This document shows positions 1 through 8,664 of a stretch of 64,000 nt of DNA, one piece after another. Location: NCBI GenBank assembly GCA_002421665.1, contig DISH01000003.1, positions 103,291-167,290 on the forward strand. The letters are read 5' to 3'. The notes beneath the pieces were generated by a model, which did not search any database, was not told the DNA's origin, and was given only the letters and a program-made list of their open reading frames with translations. Origin of the DNA: Candidatus Omnitrophica bacterium UBA6215 (GTDB taxonomy: Bacteria; Omnitrophota; Gorgyraeia; Pluralincolimonadales; Pluralincolimonadaceae). Position numbers and translations under genes: made by a program. Position 1 is the stretch's first letter, and the number at the start of each line of letters is the position of its first letter.

Positions 1-837
1 ATAGTCGTAAAGAACCTTTTCGGCGGCGATTATCTGGGCGGAAGCGAGATCCTGGCGCACGAGTCCAAGGACGGCCGTTATAAGATGGACGGTTTCGGCG
101 GAGATCTTATATTCGGCAAGAAACTTACCGAGAATACCCACGGCTTCATGAAATATACATACGAGACGGCGAAGGTCTATAATGTCGCCGAGTGGGCGCC
201 CGAGGATTTCAAAAGGCATACGGGCCGGAGCGGGGTGTCTACACTTACCTTCACCCTCGAAAGGAACACCCTTGACGACTCCCTTTATCCTGTGGACGGT
301 TCGTATTACCGCGGTTGCTTTGATGTATCGTCCAAGGCCTTCGGCGGCGATTATAATTTTATCAGGGCCGTGGGCGAAGGCAGGTGGTATATCTCGACCC
401 CGTACCCCAAGATAACGCTGGTACTCAGGGGCAAGGGCGGCTGGGAAGGCGAATACGGAGATTCATCGGACGTGCCGTTCTTCGAGAGGTTTACGCTCGG
501 CGGCGACGACTCCGTCAGGGGATACAAGTCGAGGTCGCTCGGGCCGCGCGACGAGAATAACCTGCCGCTATGGGGAAACGTCATGCTGCTCGGCAACGTT
601 GAGACGAGGTTTCCCATATACAAATGGTTCAACGGCGCGATATTCTACGATGTCGGCGGAAACTGGGAGCACATCAACAAGGTAAAACTTCCCAAGGACC
701 TCCAGAATTCCGTGGGTGCGGGCATAAGGGTCAGGACAAAGTGGTTCGTTATGCGCTGCGACTATGCCTATCCGCTTAACAAGAACGAGGAAGAAAGGGT
801 AGGCCGGTTCCATGTCGCGGCGGGATTGCCGTTCTGA
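1..837 (+). CDS. bamA: Outer membrane protein assembly factor BamA/Omp85 family, C-terminal beta-barrel part (5' end upstream of window)
   Basis: Frame-1 reading frame is open from nt 1. Omp85 motif FFERFTLGGDDSVRGY is present. The protein ends ...AAGLPF with a terminal aromatic residue typical of OMP barrels. Stop TGA at 835-837. Confidence 0.7.
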   Translation: MVVKNLFGGDYLGGSEILAHESKDGRYKMDGFGGDLIFGKKLTENTHGFMKYTYETAKVYNVAEWAPEDFKRHTGRSGVSTLTFTLERNTLDDSLYPVDGSYYRGCFDVSSKAFGGDYNFIRAVGEGRWYISTPYPKITLVLRGKGGWEGEYGDSSDVPFFERFTLGGDDSVRGYKSRSLGPRDENNLPLWGNVMLLGNVETRFPIYKWFNGAIFYDVGGNWEHINKVKLPKDLQNSVGAGIRVRTKWFVMRCDYAYPLNKNEEERVGRFHVAAGLPF

Positions 838-1499
838 TGAAAGCCGCCATACCCGGTTTCGACAGCCTTCCGGTGGTCTGCGGTATATCGGACAGGCATA
901 TCGGGCATGATGATTTCCTTAAAAGCCTTGGCGTAATCAAGGCAAGACTTGCCAGGATGCAGCAGGTCCATGCGGCCAAAGTGGTAAAGGTCGGCGCCAG
1001 GACCGACCTTTCGCGCGAGATCGCGGAAGCCGATGCCGCAATAACAGATGTCCGCGGTATAGCGCTTTCCGTGAGGACGGCCGATTGCCTACCGGTGCTG
1101 TTCTATGACCCGGAGAACGAGGCGATAGGCGCCGCGCATGCCGGATGGCGCGGCACGAGAGAGCGTATATGCCCCGGCGTTGTCGGGATGATGGTCTCGG
1201 CCTTCGGTACGGACCCGTCGAAACTGGTAGTGGGTTTCGGCCCGGCGCTAAGGCAGTGCTGCTATGAGGTCAACAGCGAATTTTTGGTGCATTTTCCGGG
1301 TTCTGTTGTTAAAATGGCGCATAAACATTATTTTGACATGGTCGGAGAGAATGCCGGGCAGCTTATAAGTGCCGGTGTCAGTTCCAAGAACATATATGAC
1401 TGCGGGATATGCACTTCGTGCATGAACGGCGATTTCTTTTCCTACAGGAGGGAGAAGGATGCCGCCGGGCGCATGCTTACGGTTATAATGTTAAAATAA
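837..1499 (+). CDS. pgeF: Peptidoglycan editing factor PgeF / YfiH (DUF152, laccase-domain purine nucleoside phosphorylase family)
   Basis: 220 aa with ADCLPV and HAGWRG motifs typical of YfiH/PgeF. ATG overlaps the bamA stop (TGATG). Confidence 0.8.
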   Translation: MKAAIPGFDSLPVVCGISDRHIGHDDFLKSLGVIKARLARMQQVHAAKVVKVGARTDLSREIAEADAAITDVRGIALSVRTADCLPVLFYDPENEAIGAAHAGWRGTRERICPGVVGMMVSAFGTDPSKLVVGFGPALRQCCYEVNSEFLVHFPGSVVKMAHKHYFDMVGENAGQLISAGVSSKNIYDCGICTSCMNGDFFSYRREKDAAGRMLTVIMLK

Positions 1500-1512
1500 G
1501 GAGAGACGGTAA

Positions 1513-2004
1513 ATGAAGATAGGAGTAATGTCGGATTCCCACGATAACGTTCCAATGGTAAAGAAAGCCGTGGATGTATTCAACGCCGAAGGATGCAGCC
1601 TTGTGGTGCACGCTGGAGACTACTGTGCGCCGTTCGCGGTCACCCCGCTCGAGAAGCTGAAATGCAAATGGCTCGGCGTCTTCGGCAACAACGACGGCGA
1701 CAAAAAAGCCCTCTCGATGAAGTCCAACGGAATGATAGTAGAGCACCCTTACCGCTATGACCTCTCCAATATAAGGATGATAGTGACGCACGAGATAGAG
1801 GACGTCAAGGACCTCATGGGCATGATACAGCGGCAGGAGGTCCATCTTCTTATACACGGGCACACGCACAAGACGGATATCAAGAAAGTGGAGACTTGCC
1901 TTTTGGTCAACCCCGGGGAGACCGGCGGATGGACGACAGGCAGGTCCACGGTAGCGATCATCGACATCGATACCATGACGGCGAAAGAGATAGAGCTTAA
2001 ATGA
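1513..2004 (+). CDS. Metallophosphoesterase, YfcE/MJ0936 family
   Basis: 163 aa with GDxxxP... GNNDGD ... HGHTH metallophosphoesterase motifs. RBS AAGGAGAGA precedes the ATG. Confidence 0.8.
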   Translation: MKIGVMSDSHDNVPMVKKAVDVFNAEGCSLVVHAGDYCAPFAVTPLEKLKCKWLGVFGNNDGDKKALSMKSNGMIVEHPYRYDLSNIRMIVTHEIEDVKDLMGMIQRQEVHLLIHGHTHKTDIKKVETCLLVNPGETGGWTTGRSTVAIIDIDTMTAKEIELK

Positions 2005-2774
2005 AGCGTATCCTCCTTACCAACGACGACGGCATACATTCACAGGGCATAATGGCCCTGTATAACAGGATAAAGAGGCTCGGCGATGTTACGGTCGTGG
2101 CCCCCGACGCGGAACGCTCCGCGCAGGGCCACGCGATAACGCTTTCGGTGCCGCTTCGCGTTTACGAGACCGACCGCGAAGGCAAGTTCTTCGGCTACGC
2201 GATATCAGGCACGCCCGCGGACTGCGTAAAGATAGCGATGATGTCGATAATGAAGGACAGCAAGCCCGACCTTATAATATCCGGCGTTAACCGCGGGCCC
2301 AACCTGGGGGTCAATGTCCTGTATTCGGGCACGGTATCCGGCGCCACGGAGGGTGCCATACTCGGCGTCCCGTCGTTCGCTGTCTCCCTTAATTCCTTCA
2401 AGTGGGAGAAATTTGACGCGGCGGTTGATTTTTCCTGTAAACTCGCTAAGATGATGCTGGAAAAACGGCTGCCGGTGAATACCCTGCTCAACGTGAACGT
2501 TCCGGCGCTCCCTAAGTCCGCGATAAAAGGCGTTAAGATAACACGGCAGGGTATGTCAACTTTCTATAAAGAGAGCTATGACAGGCGGGAAGACCCAAAT
2601 AAGAGGGTCTACTACTGGCTTTGCAGCCATAAGGCGGATGTCTCGGGAGACGGGATGGTCGACGCCGTCGCGGTGCGCGACGGTTATATCTCGATAACGC
2701 CGCTGCATTATGACATGACGGATTACAAGGACTTGGAAATACTTTCCGATGCGGGAAAAGGGATCTTTAAGTAA
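2001..2774 (+). CDS. surE: 5'/3'-nucleotidase SurE
   Basis: N-terminus ILLTNDDGIHSQGI and the downstream sequence are typical of SurE. 4-nt overlap with the upstream gene. Confidence 0.85.
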   Translation: MKRILLTNDDGIHSQGIMALYNRIKRLGDVTVVAPDAERSAQGHAITLSVPLRVYETDREGKFFGYAISGTPADCVKIAMMSIMKDSKPDLIISGVNRGPNLGVNVLYSGTVSGATEGAILGVPSFAVSLNSFKWEKFDAAVDFSCKLAKMMLEKRLPVNTLLNVNVPALPKSAIKGVKITRQGMSTFYKESYDRREDPNKRVYYWLCSHKADVSGDGMVDAVAVRDGYISITPLHYDMTDYKDLEILSDAGKGIFK

Positions 2775-2793
2775 TTACAGGAAGTTGAAGGCA

Positions 2794-3477
2794 ATGGCTT
2801 TGGCGGAAGGGGCCGCGCTGTTCGGGGTGGCGGACACGGTCCCGGTAAAGGACAGTTTTTGCATAGAGCCCTCATCGGCATGCGAAGGTCTCGACCGCGG
2901 TATCTCTGTCGGGGTGCGCCTGTCGGAGAGGGTGGTCGGGACCATTACGGACGCCCCGACCAGGATATACGCTTTTCACTACAAGAGGGTCAACTCGCTT
3001 CTGGACGAGATAACCCTTAAATTGTCGAATTTCATCCAGAACAGCGGGTATTCCGCGCTGCCGGTCCCGGCCAGTTTCATCGAGGATTGGGACAGGATGC
3101 GCGGGGCCGTTTCCCACAAGAAGATAGGCCATCTCGCGGGCAACGGTTATATCGGGCGCTCGGGGCTCCTCGTGAATCCCAAGTACGGCGCGGCGGTAAG
3201 GTACGCGACGGTTCTTACCGATATGCCCCTAAAGACCGATAAGCCCGTGAAGGCCGGTTGCGGGAAATGCGCGGTATGTGTTGCCCTGTGCCCCGCGAAA
3301 GCCATAAAGAAACAAGCGAAGGACCTGGACCTGGAAGCCTGCCGCGGACTGTTGAAGACCTTTGCCAACAGGCCGGGGATAGGCCATTCGATCTGCGGTA
3401 TTTGCGTAAAGGCGTGCAAAGGCAAACGAAACAAAAAATATTCAGGAGGAACAAATGGGGGCGGTAAGGACACATAA
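2794..3477 (+). CDS. 4Fe-4S ferredoxin-domain protein, epoxyqueuosine reductase QueG-like C-terminal region
   Basis: ORF 2749..3477. The ATG at 2794 is preferred because it has a GAAGG RBS and does not overlap surE. Motifs HKKIGHLAGNGYIGRSGLLVNPKYG and CGKCAVCVALCPAKAI (a CxxCxxCxxxCP Fe-S motif) resemble the QueG family. The protein is shorter than canonical QueG, so the assignment is tentative. Confidence 0.5.
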   Translation: MALAEGAALFGVADTVPVKDSFCIEPSSACEGLDRGISVGVRLSERVVGTITDAPTRIYAFHYKRVNSLLDEITLKLSNFIQNSGYSALPVPASFIEDWDRMRGAVSHKKIGHLAGNGYIGRSGLLVNPKYGAAVRYATVLTDMPLKTDKPVKAGCGKCAVCVALCPAKAIKKQAKDLDLEACRGLLKTFANRPGIGHSICGICVKACKGKRNKKYSGGTNGGGKDT

Positions 3478-3985
3478 ACCTGTTAAGCTTGTCATCGGGA
3501 TGATATCCAACGAAGCCGATCTTATCATGAAAGTGGAAAAACAGCTGGAAGGCCGGTTCGGCCAGATAGATTTTAGGACGGCGCTTTTGGATTTCTCTTA
3601 TACGGACTATTACGCGCCCGAGATGGGCAAAGACCTCAAGAGGCAGTTCGTGTCTTTCAGGAGGCTGGTGAGCCCGGAGCAGCTGCCGAGGATAAAGCAC
3701 CTGACCAACAAGATGGAACTGGGTTTAAGCAGGGAGCGCGGCAGGCCGTCGCGCCGGATAAATATCGACCCGGGCTATATAACCGATGCAAAACTCGTCC
3801 TGGCGACGACGAAGGACAACTCCCACAGGGTATACCTCAACGAGGGGATATTCGCCGAGATAACCCTGCGTTATGTTGATAAATCTTTCCTGCCGTGGGA
3901 ATGGACATACAGGGACTACCAGACGAAGGAGTATGTCGATATCTTCAACGAAATACGCAAAATATACCTGCAACAGGCAAAATGA
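3455..3985 (+). CDS. Hypothetical protein (DUF4416-like)
   Basis: 176-aa ORF with an AGGAGGA RBS upstream. The family assignment comes from memory of the DUF4416 pattern and is tentative. Confidence 0.5.
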   Translation: MGAVRTHKPVKLVIGMISNEADLIMKVEKQLEGRFGQIDFRTALLDFSYTDYYAPEMGKDLKRQFVSFRRLVSPEQLPRIKHLTNKMELGLSRERGRPSRRINIDPGYITDAKLVLATTKDNSHRVYLNEGIFAEITLRYVDKSFLPWEWTYRDYQTKEYVDIFNEIRKIYLQQAK

Positions 3986-5097
3986 TAAGCTACCTTTCGC
4001 AGGAACCCGCGAAAAAATATTCGCGGATAAAGAACATACTCTTTGGCGTTGAACTGGTTATAACGTTCCTCTTCCTGTATATCATGGCGACGCAGGGCCC
4101 GTCCATGTGGATAAGGAATTTCGCCGAGAGAGTCTCGGCAAATCCGTGGGTCTCAACGGCCGTATATTACCTGGTCTTCGGGGTGATATTCAGCGCGGTA
4201 ACCTTCACCCTCGATATGTACCAGGGCTACTCGATAGAGAAGAAGTTCTTGCTCTCAAACCAGAGCTTATTCGGATGGTTCAAGGACTATCTCAAAAAGC
4301 TCCTGCTCAGCGGAGTGATATTCTTCATACTTGTAGAGATGCTATACTTCTTCCTCAGGCGTTCCGATACCTGCTGGTGGGTGTGGATGGCGATCTTCTG
4401 GGTGCTGTTTACAGTCGTGCTCAGCAGGGTGGCCCCCGTGGTGATATTGCCGCTTTTTTTCAAGGTCAAGCAGGTCAATGACGAGGACCTGAAGTCACGC
4501 GTCCTGGGCCTGGCCGCGAAATGCGGCGCCCGGGTAAACGGCGTATACGAGATAGACCTGAGCTCCAAGACGGTTAAAGCGAACGCCGCGCTCGCAGGCC
4601 TTGGCAGGACAAGGAGGATACTCCTTGGGGATACCCTGCTCAAGGAATATTCGCATGAGGAGATAGAGGCGGTCCTGGCCCATGAACTGGGCCACCACAG
4701 GCGCGGGCACATCATGAAGATACTGGTATTCGGGGCCCTTACGGCTTTCGCGGGTTTTTACTTAGCAGGGACGGCATACGAGAAGCTCTCGAGCGCCATA
4801 GGTTTACGCGGGATATCCGACCTTGCGGGCCTGCCGCTGCTTTCCCTGATATTTTCCGCCTTCGCCATCGTGATGATGCCGATCCAGAACGGCCTTAGCA
4901 GGGCCTTCGAGAGGCAGGCGGACCGTTTTGCCCTGGAGATAACACAGAACCCGGATGCTTTCATATCCATGATGAGCAAACTCGGCTCCCAGAACCTCGC
5001 GGACAAGGAACCGGGACGTTTTGAGGAGATATTCCTGTACGACCACCCGCCCATCGGCAAGAGGATAGCCATGGCGGAGGAGTTCAAGAGGCGTTAG
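3982..5097 (+). CDS. M48 family zinc metallopeptidase (HtpX/Ste24-like) with N-terminal TM helices
   Basis: HELGHHRRGH (HExxH) zinc motif with multiple N-terminal hydrophobic helices. The in-frame ATG at 3982 was chosen to avoid a long overlap with the upstream gene. Confidence 0.75.
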   Translation: MISYLSQEPAKKYSRIKNILFGVELVITFLFLYIMATQGPSMWIRNFAERVSANPWVSTAVYYLVFGVIFSAVTFTLDMYQGYSIEKKFLLSNQSLFGWFKDYLKKLLLSGVIFFILVEMLYFFLRRSDTCWWVWMAIFWVLFTVVLSRVAPVVILPLFFKVKQVNDEDLKSRVLGLAAKCGARVNGVYEIDLSSKTVKANAALAGLGRTRRILLGDTLLKEYSHEEIEAVLAHELGHHRRGHIMKILVFGALTAFAGFYLAGTAYEKLSSAIGLRGISDLAGLPLLSLIFSAFAIVMMPIQNGLSRAFERQADRFALEITQNPDAFISMMSKLGSQNLADKEPGRFEEIFLYDHPPIGKRIAMAEEFKRR

Positions 5098-5133
5098 GGA
5101 ATAAAAACCGGCAGATTTCCCCGCAAAGCGGGG

Positions 5134-5162
5134 TTGACACCTTTTGGGATTTGTGGTATTCT
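5134..5162 (+). promoter_or_regulatory. Sigma70-like promoter for the tRNA-Val/tRNA-Asp operon
   Basis: TTGACA (5134-5139), 17-nt spacer, TATTCT (5157-5162). Lies 15 nt upstream of the tRNA-Val 5' end. Confidence 0.5.
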
Positions 5163-5176
5163 ACACACCACTGTTC

Positions 5177-5253
5177 GGGCGCTTAGCTCAGCTGGTTAGA
5201 GCGTCTGACTTACATTCAGAAGGTCAGAGGTTCAAATCCTCTAGTGCCCACCA
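5177..5253 (+). tRNA. tRNA-Val(TAC): tRNA-Val (anticodon TAC)
   Basis: Hand-folded cloverleaf. Acceptor GGGCGCT/AGTGCCC, D-arm TAGCTCAGCTGGTTAGAGC, anticodon loop CTTACAT, T-loop GGTTCAAATCC, encoded CCA. Confidence 0.85.
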
Positions 5254-5294
5254 TTTCGAAGATTCCCCTTCAAAGGGGGTGTTGATTTATCCGC

Positions 5295-5373
5295 GGGCCC
5301 GTGGTGCAGCCTGGTCTAGCACGTCAGATTGTCGATCTGAAGACCGCGAGTTCAAATCTCGTCGGGCCCGCCA
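5295..5373 (+). tRNA. tRNA-Asp(GTC): tRNA-Asp (anticodon GTC)
   Basis: Acceptor GGGCCCG/CGGGCCC, D-stem GTGC/GCAC, anticodon stem TCAGA/TCTGA with loop TTGTCGA, T-arm GCGAG-TTCAAAT-CTCGT, discriminator G, encoded CCA. Confidence 0.85.
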
Positions 5374-5411
5374 GTAATTTCTCTCTAATTACCAAAAGAG
5401 AGAGGCTTGAA

Positions 5412-5447
5412 GCCTTGATCAGTTAACCTGATCAAGGCTTTTTCTTT
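5412..5447 (+). terminator. Rho-independent terminator after the tRNA operon
   Basis: Perfect hairpin GCCTTGATCAG-TTAAC-CTGATCAAGGC followed by TTTTTCTTT. Confidence 0.75.
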
Positions 5448-5719
5448 GTCTTTATATTTTAAAGACTTAGGGCATCGTTTCCCGACGATGTCGTTAGTTT
5501 TATCCACTTTTCTCTTTTAGCGTTTAAAATCTCCGCAAGTTCGGCCAGCTATTCTCCGAAATAGCGCGATTTATCTCTGATTCGGCTTATTTTTGGGCTC
5601 CTGTAGTAAATGCTATTTTGGCCGTAATCTGGTGTTTTCGATTGAGTAAAATGGCCATTTACTAGGAATTGGCGGATATTCGGATGGATTTATCTCTAGT
5701 AAACGGCCTTAAGGTGGGG

Positions 5720-7309
5720 CTAGTTTTGCTGGGGTTTGAGGAGGCCGTTCCAGATCTCCTGCTGCTTATTCCAGTCCATCTCGGTGCTTACGTGGCGCAG
5801 CTTGTACTCGGGGATATCAAATAGCGCCTTATCGGCAGAGAGGAGTATCTCTTCCTGGATTTTTGGCGATATGAGCAACATATTCGCGATATGGCAGATC
5901 CTCGTATGGCTCATACCTAGCCAGCCAGCTATTTCCTTTATAGTGCATTTTCTTTCACGCGCGACCTGGTCAATCTGGTGAGCCAGGATAAGATTTTGAC
6001 GTATAAGTGGTTCCTTGCTTATCCCGGCTTGCTGGCGATGATAGGGGATATGCTTCAATTCGTTCAGTTTTAGCTCGAATTGGCGGCTTTTCTCGCCATT
6101 CTGGAGTACTATTTCGAGGACGCCATTAATCGCGTCGTAATGCGCGACCTTGGCGATTAATTTGAGTATTGGTATCCTTTCTTCTATGGTTAGCGCTTCC
6201 CACGCCTTGGCTTCAATTCGCGGATCTTTGCAGATTGTTCTTAAGAACTCCATAAACTTGTTCTCAATCGCCTGAGCCGAAATAAGGCGTGTTGGGCAGC
6301 TCTTATAGCCCCGTTTTTGGGCGTTCATACAGAGGTAGTAATGGTACCTGGTTGTACCTTTCCTGCTGTAGATGTAGTACATGGTGCTGTCGCAGGCCTT
6401 GCAGCGAAGGATGCCGTTTAATAAGCCTACGCTGGTTGCCACACCTGCGATTTTGCGCTCCCTACGGTTATTGGCCAGTATCTCTTGGGTTTTCTGGAAT
6501 ATCTCATCGGATATTATACGCTCCTGTTCGCCTTGATAAAGTGTTCCGGCATGGTTTACTTTTCCGGTATAGAAGGGGTTCTTTACTATGGACTGGACGC
6601 TGGTGCTCTTGAATTTCATACCACCGGATTTTTTGCCCTTGAAGGTCGTATAGCTCTTTGTGGTATAACCGTTCTCATTGAGAGCTGTTGCCACTGAAAG
6701 AAGGGACTTTTTCTCAAGGTAAAGGTCGAATATCTTTTTAACAAGCTCAGCTTCCTTCGGGTTTATAACCAGCCTTTTGTTTACTTTATCTATGTCATAG
6801 CCTAACGGCGGGCTGCCGCCGACCCATTTGCCTTTCCTCTTGGAGGCGGCCATCTTATCTCTAGTGCGCTCGCTTATTATCTCGCGCTCGAATTGGGCGA
6901 AGGAAAGAAGGATATTCAAGGTGAGCCTTCCCATTGAGGTATTGGTATTGAAGTGCTGGGTTACCGAAACAAAGGATATATTATTCTGCTCGAACGATTC
7001 CAATAACTGGCTAAAGTCCAATAGCGATCTCGACAGCCTATCAACCTTATAGACCACCACACAGTTAACCTTGCCTGCCTTGATATCGGCCATGAGCCTC
7101 TGAAGGGCAGGGCGCTCTGTATTGGCTCCTGTAAAACCAGGATCGTCATAACGCTCGGGAAGAGCTATCCAGCCTTCGGACTTCTGGCTGGCGATGTAGC
7201 TTTCTGCAGACTCGCGCTGGTTATCAAGGGAGGTAAATTCCTGGTCGAGTCCTTCGGTGGTAGAGACTCTCGTGTAAATAGCGCAGTTAACGTTCTTTTT
7301 TTCCATCAT
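5720..7309 (-). CDS. Large serine recombinase (phage integrase / TnpX-CcrB type) with resolvase catalytic domain, recombinase domain and zinc ribbon
   Basis: 529 aa. N-terminus AIYTRVSTTEGLDQ...DRLSRS with the catalytic Ser of the resolvase fold. C-terminal Cys cluster CKACDSTMYY...YYLCMNAQKRGYKSCPTR. Confidence 0.85.
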   Translation of the reverse strand: MMEKKNVNCAIYTRVSTTEGLDQEFTSLDNQRESAESYIASQKSEGWIALPERYDDPGFTGANTERPALQRLMADIKAGKVNCVVVYKVDRLSRSLLDFSQLLESFEQNNISFVSVTQHFNTNTSMGRLTLNILLSFAQFEREIISERTRDKMAASKRKGKWVGGSPPLGYDIDKVNKRLVINPKEAELVKKIFDLYLEKKSLLSVATALNENGYTTKSYTTFKGKKSGGMKFKSTSVQSIVKNPFYTGKVNHAGTLYQGEQERIISDEIFQKTQEILANNRRERKIAGVATSVGLLNGILRCKACDSTMYYIYSRKGTTRYHYYLCMNAQKRGYKSCPTRLISAQAIENKFMEFLRTICKDPRIEAKAWEALTIEERIPILKLIAKVAHYDAINGVLEIVLQNGEKSRQFELKLNELKHIPYHRQQAGISKEPLIRQNLILAHQIDQVARERKCTIKEIAGWLGMSHTRICHIANMLLISPKIQEEILLSADKALFDIPEYKLRHVSTEMDWNKQQEIWNGLLKPQQN

Positions 7310-7314
7310 GCCTC

Positions 7315-7758
7315 CTATAGGTTAAAGAACAGATACCCGTTCCAATGTGAGCCGGTTATCTTTTTGGCGATAGAGGATAAGGTCTTGTATATTTTCCCGT
7401 CATACTCGAAGCCCTTCTCAAGGACCTTCACCTGGTACTTGGCGTCTTTGTATTCCTTGGTTATTGCGGTTCCGGGGATGGGAAGCCGCTTGTCCTTGGC
7501 AGATATTGGATGGCTTACCGCCGGTTTATCCGGCCTCAGGATTTTATTGTTGATTGGATCATACTCCTCAATAAGCGCCTTTAGTTTATTCCTGACTTTG
7601 GGTGACAAATTGCCGTATTCTTGCTCCTGAAGTTTATAGGCAACCTTGCGCCAGAGGTAGAGCTTATGATTACTTACGGCATCTTCGCCGTAGAGTTCCT
7701 TATAGCGCCCAAGGAGTTCTTCTGCGGATGCGTTTTTAAGAGACATTATTTCGCTCAT
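7315..7758 (-). CDS. DUF2924 family protein (serine-recombinase-associated accessory protein)
   Basis: 147 aa. C-terminal pattern KYQVKVLEKGFEYDGKIYKTLSSIAKKITGSHWNGYLFF. Sits 5 nt upstream of, and co-oriented with, the serine recombinase, which is the usual arrangement for this family. Confidence 0.6.
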   Translation of the reverse strand: MSEIMSLKNASAEELLGRYKELYGEDAVSNHKLYLWRKVAYKLQEQEYGNLSPKVRNKLKALIEEYDPINNKILRPDKPAVSHPISAKDKRLPIPGTAITKEYKDAKYQVKVLEKGFEYDGKIYKTLSSIAKKITGSHWNGYLFFNL

Positions 7759-7893
7759 TTTGGCCTCCTTTCATCAGGACATATAAGGGCATACAATTTG
7801 AGAGATATCAAGGGAAATAGAGAGGTAGTTTTTCGATTGTGGGAGAGGAGGAAGAAGTAGTATAATTATCATGTACATTTGTAAGGAGATAGT

Positions 7894-8664
7894 ATGAATA
7901 AATGGATTAAGAAAAGTATAGAAATTGCAAATAGTCCTGGCTACTTAGATAAGCTGGGAAAGATTTATGTTATGAATATGAATCCCGAGCGCCCTCTCGA
8001 TGGCGGTATAGAACGCTCTATTCGCGAAGCCTTCAATAATCACGATACCAAGACGTTAATAAAATTGCTTCTGGAAGCAGAAGTTTTCCCCGTTAAGGAT
8101 TCTTATATAGGATTTATTAGAGCAGATGAAAAGGCAATCGATCAAAATCCCGAGACAGTAGAAAGAATAGGGGATCGTTTGTATGGATTAGGGTTAGAGA
8201 AACTTATTCAAGAAGCGACGCGCCCCAAGGAAACAAACAGGCAATTAGGAAGTTCCTTTCGCAGTTGGCTTCCTTCTTTGGTGTACCCGATACTGGAAGA
8301 GGATGAATTTACTAAAGCTAAAGGCATAGCTTTTTTAGCTGGGAGCGACAAGGCACTTAAAGATTACGCAGTTAAACATCTTGGTTGTAGGCTAACCAAG
8401 GGGATAGATGTTTTATTCAAAAAAGACGATATTTATGTAATTGGCGAAGCGAAATTTTTGACTACGCCTGGAGGCGAACAAGACCGCGGTTTTGACGATG
8501 CATCGAAGTTCATTAAAAGTAGATCTGGTAGGGCAAAGAGGATCGCTTTAATAGACGGTTATATTTGGCTTAAAACAAATAAAGGGCTTCATAGCAAAAT
8601 CGTGAAGAGTAATTTAGATATATTCAGCGCTTTGCTATTAAAAGACTTTATAGAAGTACTTTAG
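7894..8664 (+). CDS. Putative type II restriction endonuclease (PD-(D/E)XK fold)
   Basis: 256 aa. IDVLFKKDDIYVIGEAKF fits a D...(E)xK catalytic core. Convergent with the adjacent DNA methyltransferase and overlaps it by 17 nt. Confidence 0.5.
   Translation: MNKWIKKSIEIANSPGYLDKLGKIYVMNMNPERPLDGGIERSIREAFNNHDTKTLIKLLLEAEVFPVKDSYIGFIRADEKAIDQNPETVERIGDRLYGLGLEKLIQEATRPKETNRQLGSSFRSWLPSLVYPILEEDEFTKAKGIAFLAGSDKALKDYAVKHLGCRLTKGIDVLFKKDDIYVIGEAKFLTTPGGEQDRGFDDASKFIKSRSGRAKRIALIDGYIWLKTNKGLHSKIVKSNLDIFSALLLKDFIEVL

Noticed and set aside
3147-3700. Minus-strand ORFs 3215..3700 (161 aa) and 3147..3473 (108 aa) antisense to the QueG-like and DUF4416 genes
   Set aside because: Antisense to convincing + strand genes. 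Biased composition and no recognisable domains.
5118-5133. Hairpin CCCCGC-AAA-GCGGGG after the M48 peptidase gene as a terminator
   Set aside because: The stem is present but not followed directly by a U-tract, because it overlaps the -35 of the tRNA promoter. Too ambiguous to call as a discrete terminator.
5144-5377. 77-aa ORF spanning the tRNA-Val/tRNA-Asp genes
   Set aside because: The region is occupied by two canonical tRNA cloverleaves. The ORF is a chance reading frame.
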